64,000 nucleotides of DNA from positions 64,001 through 128,000 of the forward strand of contig OY969801.1 of the NCBI GenBank assembly GCA_963703225.1, written 5' to 3'. The stretch's first letter is position 1. Each line of letters opens with the position of its first letter. A model generated the notes under the pieces. It searched no databases, was not told the DNA's origin, and worked only from the letters and a program-made list of their open reading frames with translations. This DNA comes from Candidatus Eiseniibacteriota bacterium (GTDB lineage Bacteria > Eisenbacteria > RBG-16-71-46 > SZUA-252). Of the stretch, positions 56,870 to 64,000 are shown one piece after another. Both the position numbers and the translations under genes were made by a program.

Positions 56870-59479
56870 TCAGAGCCGCTCCCGAGCCGTCCTTAACCCG
56901 ACCGCCTCCGCCTCGCGCCCCGCGGCGCGCGACCGCGTCTCCGCTTCTTCGAGGAGTAGTTCGGCCCGTCCACGGTCCGACACGATCGACGCCGCGAGAT
57001 CGGCCCCCACCATCGGGGACCACGCCATCATGGCCTCGGAGCTTGCTCCCGAGAGAAGGTCGCCCGGGGCGTGGTGCTCGAGCCATCCATTGTCTTCGGT
57101 GTTGGTCGGGCCAGGACCGAGGCCGGCGACGATCCGGTCGAGGCGGCCCCGATAGTAGCGGAGTAGATCGGCCGGCGACGCGACGCCGACCCGGTTGAGC
57201 TGCGCCGCGATCCCCGGGTTCTCCCAGGCCCGCTCCAATTGACTGAGGTCGAGGGGCAGCTCCCGATCCGGCGATGCGAGGATGATCAGATCGGACGAGG
57301 CATCGACGACGAAGAGCTGGCCATGCGGAAAGCGGGTCGCGAGAGTGCGGAGGATCGTCCACAGGGCTGCAGGGGAGGTCTGGTAGCAATGCACCCACTG
57401 GCCGAAAATCCCGCCAGGTCGCAACTTCCGCGCCGCGGCTTCATAGAATTCCTCCGTGAAGAGATCGGCCATGCCGGCGATCCATAGATTCGAGGGCTCG
57501 GAGATGATCGCGTCGTAGGTGCCGCGCGCGGAACGAAGGTAGGTGCCGGCGTCCTCGACCAGGAGCTGACTCCTCACGTCTTGGAGCGGGTCGCCGGCGT
57601 CGGCACGGAAGTAGGGTGCCGCCTCGATCACGGCGCCCTCCAGCTCCACCGTCAGCACGCTCCGGACCGGGTGCGTGAGGACCGCGCGCGTCGTGACACC
57701 GCTTCCGTATCCGACGACGCAGACATCCTTCGCTTGCGGCGCGAAGAAGAGCGGGAGCTGCCCCAGGAGCACCTGCAGCGCCATATCCTCGCCCACTCCC
57801 GTGGTGGCGTCGGTCTTCCCGTTGATCAGAAGCGCCCTCCGCCCGGCCGTCTCGAGAACCGCCACCGCCGCGACCCTTCCTTCCTTGTAGAAGAGAAGCC
57901 GTTCGACCGCGGGCGTGGTTCCGATCCGGTCGATCATTCGGTGCGTAATCGAAGGGCCGCCAAACCAGTGCGATCGAAGGAGCCGCACGAGGCCGAGGCT
58001 CATCCGCTCCGGATTCCAGGTCGGCATGGCGAAGAGCGCGAAAGCCGCGGTCAAGGCCGCCAGCGCCGCCGCGGCCGAGCCGCGCCGAAGCGTCGGCCCT
58101 TCCCCCGCGAGCAGCGCGCCGATGCCGATCGCGGCGTTGAGCGCGCCCGCGAGCAGGATCGAGCGGAGCGTCCCGATCCATGGAATGAGCAGGAACGCCG
58201 TCGCGAGCGAGCCCAGGATCGATCCCACCGTGTTCGCCGCGTAGATCGCGCCGACCGACGCGCCCGCTTCACGCCCACGGCGCTGATAGATGGCGACGGC
58301 GGTGGGGAAGAGGGCGCCGAGCAAGAGCGCGGGGGGAAGAATGATTCTCGCCGCGATCCACGCCTCCCCGAGGAGCAGGCGGGCCGTGCTGCCCATCGAC
58401 CAGGCGATGGCGTCGGCCTGCCAGTAGGGCAACCGCTCGAAGAGCCGGCTCCCGAGCGCGACCGCCGCCGCCAAGAGTCCCTGGAGAGCGCCGAAGAGCG
58501 CGACCGGGGCGCGGACGTGGCGGAGGAGTCGAGTCGCGAGGGCCGCGCCCAGCGCGATGCCGACGAGGTAGATCGCGAGGATCGCTGAAAAGGCGTAGAC
58601 CATGCCTCCGAACGGCACGGCGAGAATCCGCGTCCAGGCGACCTCGTAGAGAATCGCGGTGAATCCCGAAATGGCGATGATCGGAAGGATCCACCGCGTG
58701 GGTGACGACGCGGCGGCCGCCTGGGCCGCGGGGCCGCCGGATCGACGCGATGCGCCGGTGGCCGCAGTCCATTCCGGCCCGGCCTGGGGAGGAGCGGACG
58801 GACGCGCGAGAAGGATCGCGGCCACCACGGAGAGATCGATCGCCGCGGCGAGCGCGGCGGTCTTCCAGAGGCCCAACGCGGGGATCGCGAGGAAGCCCGC
58901 CGCGGCCACGCCCGCCACCGCGCCGGCCGTGTTGATGGCGTAAAGCCGGGCTACCGCACGCGCGGATGCTTTCGGATCGCGGCGCGAAAGGTCGGAAACC
59001 AGGAGAGGGAGTGACGCGCCCATCGCGGTGGTCGGAACGAGCAGCGCGGCAAAGAGCGCGAGAAACCGAAGCAAGAGAAACGCCGCGCCATGCCCCAGGA
59101 AGAGCGCGTTCAGGGTCGCGAAAAGCGGGCGGGCCGCGATATAGGCGAGCGGGCTCAAGAGGCCGAGCAGCGCCACGACCAGCTCCAGCTTGGCGTAGAG
59201 AAGGAGCGGCTCTCTGGTCCTCGCCGCGAAACGGCCGCCGACGGCGGCGCCGATGCCGAGACCTCCGAGGAACGCGGCCACCACGGTGGAGACCCCATAG
59301 ATCGAGTTGCCGAGCAAGAACGAGAGGTACTTGGACCAGACGACTTCGAGGATCAACCCGGCAGAGCCGGAGGCGAAGAAGCAGGCGTAGAGGAGGGCCC
59401 GGCGTGGCGGCTTCGGCGCCGGTTCCCCACCGATCGGACGGACTGGCAAGGGTTTGCGAATCCGCCTGGAACGCGGCAT
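56870..59479 (-). CDS. Fused multi-TM (MFS-like)/spermidine synthase-like protein
   Basis: Two TM repeats (SG..GL..EVVW; LYA.NT.G), then VGYGSGVT, VELE..V, EDA and YDAIISEPSN.W motifs. Confidence 0.88.
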   Translation of the reverse strand: MPRSRRIRKPLPVRPIGGEPAPKPPRRALLYACFFASGSAGLILEVVWSKYLSFLLGNSIYGVSTVVAAFLGGLGIGAAVGGRFAARTREPLLLYAKLELVVALLGLLSPLAYIAARPLFATLNALFLGHGAAFLLLRFLALFAALLVPTTAMGASLPLLVSDLSRRDPKASARAVARLYAINTAGAVAGVAAAGFLAIPALGLWKTAALAAAIDLSVVAAILLARPSAPPQAGPEWTAATGASRRSGGPAAQAAAASSPTRWILPIIAISGFTAILYEVAWTRILAVPFGGMVYAFSAILAIYLVGIALGAALATRLLRHVRAPVALFGALQGLLAAAVALGSRLFERLPYWQADAIAWSMGSTARLLLGEAWIAARIILPPALLLGALFPTAVAIYQRRGREAGASVGAIYAANTVGSILGSLATAFLLIPWIGTLRSILLAGALNAAIGIGALLAGEGPTLRRGSAAAALAALTAAFALFAMPTWNPERMSLGLVRLLRSHWFGGPSITHRMIDRIGTTPAVERLLFYKEGRVAAVAVLETAGRRALLINGKTDATTGVGEDMALQVLLGQLPLFFAPQAKDVCVVGYGSGVTTRAVLTHPVRSVLTVELEGAVIEAAPYFRADAGDPLQDVRSQLLVEDAGTYLRSARGTYDAIISEPSNLWIAGMADLFTEEFYEAAARKLRPGGIFGQWVHCYQTSPAALWTILRTLATRFPHGQLFVVDASSDLIILASPDRELPLDLSQLERAWENPGIAAQLNRVGVASPADLLRYYRGRLDRIVAGLGPGPTNTEDNGWLEHHAPGDLLSGASSEAMMAWSPMVGADLAASIVSDRGRAELLLEEAETRSRAAGREAEAVGLRTARERL

Positions 59480-59619
59480 CGCATTATGCTATACTAAGTT
59501 CGATCCGGCGTGGGTTGCGAAGCGGGCCTGGACGCTCAGGCTTCGATCGCGGCCTTCCCCAGTCACACATTCGAGACACAGCGCGGAGATCCGCTCCCAT
59601 CGCCCGTCATCGTAGTCCT

Positions 59620-62454
59620 GTGTCTTTTTGGTCACGGCCCCTTGCGACGCCGGTTGCCCTCGTCATGCTTTGGGCTGCCTTGTCCGCGATCCCATCCTCG
59701 GCCGCACCGCTCACCGGCTCAGCGTCGAAGCCTCCGACGCCGCTTCCACGCGGGGTCTATCGCACCGAGGCTCAGGGCGCGCAGCCGGGCGGGAGACCCA
59801 ACCGCTCCTCTCACCGCCCGCTGTTTCCTCCTCCACCACTCGAGGAGGTCTACGTATTCCAGGACAGCCTCGACGGCCTGACCCTCGACGACCAGGGCGG
59901 ATGGACTCATTTTGACGCCTCCGGCGGACCCACCGCGTGGCACATCGACTCGTTCCAGGGTTGCTCCGGGAATGGGTGGTGGTGCGGGATGATCGATTCC
60001 TCGTGGGTGCTGGACAACAACCGCGCTGGGTACGGCAACAGCTGGACGCAGTACCTCGAGAACTCGGTCAACGTATCGAGTATCGCCGCCGGCACCCCGG
60101 TGACCCTCTCGTTCACGTACAAGATGAACTGCGAGCGGCCCTTCGACTTCGGCGTCCTTTCGGTCGGGGATTTGTCGGATTTCTACATCGATTTGGCGAC
60201 CTTTACCGGAGTGACGGGGTGCACGACGTTTTCGGTCGTGATCGCGGAGTCGACCTGGATAGGCTGGAAGAACTATCCCGGCGGCCCGAAACCGATGCCG
60301 TTCCGTTTCACCTTCTTCAGCGATAACGCCTACTCATCCGAGGACGGTTTGTACCAGGGCGAAGGCTGGTTCATCGATAACGTCGAAGTCGACGCGGGAG
60401 CCCAGGTCAAGTTTTTCGACGACATGGAGCACGGGCCGGGCACATGGGTCCGGACCACGCTGCCCGCCGTCGGGGACTACTACCAGATCAAAGCAAACGT
60501 CGCGACGGAGGACCTCTGCACGGACAACCGGACGAACGTTTGGGTGATGTGGGACCCGGTCATGCTCTCCCTCATACCGCGGCTCGACGATCGGCTGGTC
60601 ACCCCCGCCGTGGACACGGATCGATCGTCGACGGTGCTCGTCGCGTTCGACATCTACCGAAACCTGCCGCTGGAGGGGTGTTTCTACTACAGCCTCCTCT
60701 ACCGAACGCGGAACGTGGGGGACCCGACCTGGGGTCCCTACAAGGACCCGACCGGGCTCCTTTATTACGGATCGAGCAAGGACTGGATCCGCCAGAAGGT
60801 CACGCTGCCCGAGGCGGGCGGCAAGGACTCGGTCCAGGTGCAATTCATCGTGAAGGACTACGGGCAGATCTACTGCGGGGGGCCAGCCGGGTTCGCCAAC
60901 ATCTATACACTGTTCGACAACGTCGCGATCGGAATCAAGATGACCGCGCCGCCGGTCTTCATCCAAAGGGACCTGGACCTCTTCCAGGACACGTTCCGGA
61001 CGACCGCGTTTTTTGGAAACGACAACTTCAATACGCCGCTGGGAGACAGCGCGGTGATTCAGGTTGGCACCAGCCGCGGGTACAAGAACGGCTTCATGTA
61101 CTACCGCCTGAACAACGGCTCCTGGAGCTCGACCTCCCTCCAGCAGTCGAACCCTAGCTACCCGACCATCCGCTACGCGGACGTGCCGCCCGGGAACTAC
61201 GGCGCGGGGACGACGCTCCAGTACTATTTTGCGGTCACCGATAGCGCGGACTCCGTCGCGTATCTCCCCAAGAACGCGCCCTTCACACAGACCTATCTCT
61301 CGGCGTCCATTCTGCCTGTGAAATCCGCCACGAACCCGGCGCTCGGCTGCACGGACAGCCTCGCCCAGATCCTCTTCGTGAACAACAACTCGGGGCGGGA
61401 GCCGGAGGCCACCATCGCCAAGGCGCTGGCCGCGCAGGGATACAAGTTCGACACGTGGGACGTGAATGGGCCGACGAGCGGGGCCGGGAATACCCCCGGC
61501 GGTCCGCCGGCGGGAGACCCCTATTACTTCTGGCCGGGCTCGTCGACGAACGATTTGATCCGCTACTCCACGATTATCTGGCACGCGGGGAGCCTGAGCG
61601 AGTTCACCGTCCGCCAGCCGGACCAGGCACTGATCCAGTCGTGGATTCAGCAGCCCGGCAAGAACCGGAATCTCTACCTGGTCGGAGACAACATCGCCTA
61701 CGAACTGATCGTTCTGAACCAGAACTACAACAGCTTCCTCGATTTCACCATGGGCGCCCGGTATCTCCGAAATGTCTGGGAGGATTTCCCGCAGGATACC
61801 CTGCATCCGTTGATCACCGGCTACGCGACCTCGCCCTCCGCGGGACGACTGATGCACGTCAACTCGGATTGCCCGCAGATTGAGGATTTCGACCTGATCA
61901 CCACGTCCACGGGCGCTCCGGCGCGAGGGAAGTCCGGGAATTTCCTCCGCTACCCCAACACGTTCCCGGCCGCCACGCGGTTCGCCACCAAGTACGTCTC
62001 CTTCGGCTCCGACAGCGCGCGGACCATTCTGCAGGCGTTCAATTTCAACGACATCGAGGAGGGCGGGGAGCGGATCCGGCTGATCAAGAACGTCGTGACC
62101 GACTACTTCCAGGTGCCGGCCTGCTATTTCCCGACCGGGGTGGAGGACGATCCGGTTTCAGGCGCGCCGGCGGTGCCGAACATGCTCTTCCAGAATGCCC
62201 CCAATCCGTTCAACCCCGAGACGACGATACGCTACGCGGTGGCGGGTCCCGGGTGGGCCACGATCCGGATCTACGGGGCGGGCGGGGCTCTGGTGCGGAC
62301 TCTGGTCGATCGCCACCACGCGGCCGGCTACTACACGGTCCGCTGGGACGGGAAAGACGATGCGGGCCGCAAGCTGAGCAGCGGCGTCTACTTCTACAAG
62401 CTGGAGTCGGCGTCGGGCGCGAGCGAGGCGAAGAAGCTCTTGATGTTGAAGTAG
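59620..62454 (+). CDS. Large secreted Cys-containing multidomain protein with FlgD-Ig/T9SS-like CTD
   Basis: Signal-like segment after GTG 59620 (start uncertain). Jelly-roll-like motifs F.F.SD...S.EDG...GWFIDNV; CTD QNAPNPFNPETTIRY...IY...G.LVRTL...WDGKD..G..LSSGVYFYKL. Confidence 0.82.
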   Translation: MSFWSRPLATPVALVMLWAALSAIPSSAAPLTGSASKPPTPLPRGVYRTEAQGAQPGGRPNRSSHRPLFPPPPLEEVYVFQDSLDGLTLDDQGGWTHFDASGGPTAWHIDSFQGCSGNGWWCGMIDSSWVLDNNRAGYGNSWTQYLENSVNVSSIAAGTPVTLSFTYKMNCERPFDFGVLSVGDLSDFYIDLATFTGVTGCTTFSVVIAESTWIGWKNYPGGPKPMPFRFTFFSDNAYSSEDGLYQGEGWFIDNVEVDAGAQVKFFDDMEHGPGTWVRTTLPAVGDYYQIKANVATEDLCTDNRTNVWVMWDPVMLSLIPRLDDRLVTPAVDTDRSSTVLVAFDIYRNLPLEGCFYYSLLYRTRNVGDPTWGPYKDPTGLLYYGSSKDWIRQKVTLPEAGGKDSVQVQFIVKDYGQIYCGGPAGFANIYTLFDNVAIGIKMTAPPVFIQRDLDLFQDTFRTTAFFGNDNFNTPLGDSAVIQVGTSRGYKNGFMYYRLNNGSWSSTSLQQSNPSYPTIRYADVPPGNYGAGTTLQYYFAVTDSADSVAYLPKNAPFTQTYLSASILPVKSATNPALGCTDSLAQILFVNNNSGREPEATIAKALAAQGYKFDTWDVNGPTSGAGNTPGGPPAGDPYYFWPGSSTNDLIRYSTIIWHAGSLSEFTVRQPDQALIQSWIQQPGKNRNLYLVGDNIAYELIVLNQNYNSFLDFTMGARYLRNVWEDFPQDTLHPLITGYATSPSAGRLMHVNSDCPQIEDFDLITTSTGAPARGKSGNFLRYPNTFPAATRFATKYVSFGSDSARTILQAFNFNDIEEGGERIRLIKNVVTDYFQVPACYFPTGVEDDPVSGAPAVPNMLFQNAPNPFNPETTIRYAVAGPGWATIRIYGAGGALVRTLVDRHHAAGYYTVRWDGKDDAGRKLSSGVYFYKLESASGASEAKKLLMLK

Positions 62455-62503
62455 GAAACGGCGCCCGCCGTTTCAAACAGGACGCCCGCGCCCAGGCGGG
62501 CGA
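62455..62503. terminator. Tandem hairpins between convergent genes
   Basis: GAAACGGC-gccc-GCCGTTTC (62455-62474) and CGCCCGC-N6-GCGGGCG (62483-62502). Confidence 0.55.
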
Positions 62504-62527
62504 GGCAATCACGTCAATCGACCGGCA

Positions 62528-63919
62528 TCAGCTGTGGATCGCCCTTCCGTCGACCGCGAGCGCGGCCTCCTTGAGGGCTTCGGCCAGCGTGGGATGCGCG
62601 TGGCAGGCGCGGGCCAAGTCCTCGCTGCTCGCCCCGAAATCCATCGCGACGGCGGCCTCGGCGATCATGTCGCCGGCCCGCGGCCCGATGATGTGAATCC
62701 CGAGCACCCGGTCGGTGCCGGCGTCGGCCAGCACCTTGACCCGCCCGTCGGTCTGCGCCAGGCAGTGCGCCCGCGCGTTCGCCTTGAAGAAGAAGACCCC
62801 CTTCTTGTAGGGCGCCCCCGCCTCCTTCAGCTCTTCCTCGGTCCGGCCCACGGAGGCGATTTCGGGCTGCGTATAGACGACGCCGGGGATGGCGTCGTAG
62901 TTGACGTGGCCGAATCCCGTGACGATCCGCTCCGCGCAGGCCACGCCCTCTTCCTCCGCCTTGTGCGCGAGCATCGCGCCGCCGATCACGTCCCCGATCG
63001 CATAGAGGCCCTCGACCGACGTGGCGTAGCCGGCGTCCACGGCGATTCGCCCCTTCGCGTCCGGCTTGATCCCGACCGACTCGAGCCCCAGGCCCTCGGT
63101 GTTCGGCGCGCGGCCCACCGCGACGAGCACGCGGTCGCACCGGATCGGCTCCGCGCCCTCGCACTCCACCACGCAGCCCTTGCCGTCGACCCGGGCGGAG
63201 GTCACCCGCTGCCCCAACCGAAACTCCAGGCCCTGGCGCTCGAGCAGCCGCTGCCCCTCCCGCGCCATCTCGAAATCCATCCCGGGGAGAATCCGGTCGA
63301 GATACTCGACCACGGTCACCTTGGCGCCGAGCCGGCTCCAGACCGAGCCCAGCTCCAGCCCGATGTAGCCGGCCCCGATGACAACGAGATGCTTCGGGAC
63401 GGTCGGGTAGGAGAGAGCCTCGGTGCTCGTGCCGACGCGATCGGAATGGAGCGTCACGCCGGGGAGCATCGAGGGCCTGCTGCCGGTGGCGATGATGATG
63501 TGTCGCGCGCGGACGTCCGCGGCGCTCGGCCCGCCCTCCACGACGACGCGCCCCGGCCCCGCGATCCGTCCGTGCCCCAGGTAGCGCGTCACCTTGTTCT
63601 TCTTGAAGAGAAAATCGACGCCCCGGGTGCGGCCGCCCACCACCTCCTCCTTCCGCTTCAGCATCACGGGGAGGTCAAGCTGGACGCCTTGGATCTTCAC
63701 GCCGTGCAGGGCGAGCGCTTCCTTCGTCTCGCGGTAGCGCTCGCTGGACTCGAGCATCGCCTTGCTGGGGATGCAGCCGACGCGGAGGCAGGTCCCGCCC
63801 AAGGCCTCCACCTCCTCGATGCACGCCGCGTTCAGACCCAGCTGGGCCGCCCGGATCGCGGCGACGTAGCCCCCCGGGCCCGCGCCGATCACGACGAGGT
63901 CATGGATCGCTTCGGCCAT
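62528..63919 (-). CDS. lpdA: Dihydrolipoyl dehydrogenase (E3)
   Basis: GAGPGGYVAAI, GGTCLRVGCIPSK, GAGYIGLE, LAHKAEEEG and HAHPTLAE motifs. Confidence 0.97.
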   Translation of the reverse strand: MAEAIHDLVVIGAGPGGYVAAIRAAQLGLNAACIEEVEALGGTCLRVGCIPSKAMLESSERYRETKEALALHGVKIQGVQLDLPVMLKRKEEVVGGRTRGVDFLFKKNKVTRYLGHGRIAGPGRVVVEGGPSAADVRARHIIIATGSRPSMLPGVTLHSDRVGTSTEALSYPTVPKHLVVIGAGYIGLELGSVWSRLGAKVTVVEYLDRILPGMDFEMAREGQRLLERQGLEFRLGQRVTSARVDGKGCVVECEGAEPIRCDRVLVAVGRAPNTEGLGLESVGIKPDAKGRIAVDAGYATSVEGLYAIGDVIGGAMLAHKAEEEGVACAERIVTGFGHVNYDAIPGVVYTQPEIASVGRTEEELKEAGAPYKKGVFFFKANARAHCLAQTDGRVKVLADAGTDRVLGIHIIGPRAGDMIAEAAVAMDFGASSEDLARACHAHPTLAEALKEAALAVDGRAIHS

Positions 63920-63920
63920 T

Positions 63921-64000
63921 TCAGATGCCGAGGAGCATCCGGGTGGGGCGCTCGACGAGCTCCTTGATGTGCTTGAGGAAGGTTACGGATTCGCGTCCGT
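63921..64000 (-). CDS. sucB: 3' end of a 2-oxoacid dehydrogenase E2, probably dihydrolipoamide succinyltransferase (partial)
   Basis: Translates as DGRESVTFLKHIKELVERPTRMLLGI*, immediately upstream of lpdA. Confidence 0.8.
   Translation of the reverse strand, partial: GRESVTFLKHIKELVERPTRMLLGI

Noticed and set aside
58966..59619. N-terminal 218 aa of the 1162-aa ORF
   Set aside because: Arg-rich, overlaps the minus-strand gene ending at 59479, and a signal peptide appears only after ~59620.
1..64000. rRNA, tRNA, IS, integrase, prophage or defence-system genes
   Set aside because: No recognisable motifs, and intergenic gaps are mostly short. A covariance-model search would be needed to exclude small ncRNAs.

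Overview
A GC-rich chromosomal window from a diderm bacterium. It has many outer-membrane beta-barrels and three secreted proteins ending in an FlgD-Ig/T9SS type-A-like sorting domain, which suggests (by inference) an FCB-related lineage such as Ca. Eisenbacteria or Latescibacterota. I found no rRNA, tRNA, CRISPR array, transposase or phage gene. The main finding is a ~17-kb phosphate-starvation island (5.6-22.5 kb) in which porin-pstSCA converges on phoB-phoR-pstB-phoU. The same 11-bp-periodic GTAAC/GTCAT-type direct repeat (a Pho-box-like array) lies upstream of phoB, pstB and the porin. It also lies upstream of an uncharacterised module: a secreted Ig/PKD-repeat protein, a secreted beta-helix-like protein with apparently permuted segment order, a TonB-dependent receptor and a membrane-anchored hypothetical. 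Other content: pdxJ, secDF, a metallophosphoesterase, a membrane Ser/Thr kinase, a DUF4159-DUF4175-TPR operon, bioY, an envelope cluster (FadL-like barrel, octaheme cytochrome c-TPR, MscS, HET-C/Zn-PLC-motif protein, Ca2+/H+ exchanger, repeat protein, DUF3943, lipoprotein, barrels), orphan sdpR-sdpI, a DUF5916 outer-membrane protein, fadE, a membrane/spermidine synthase fusion, lpdA and the 3' end of sucB. Four genes are broken by five apparent single-base insertions, most likely sequencing errors. All family assignments come from motif recognition, not database searches.
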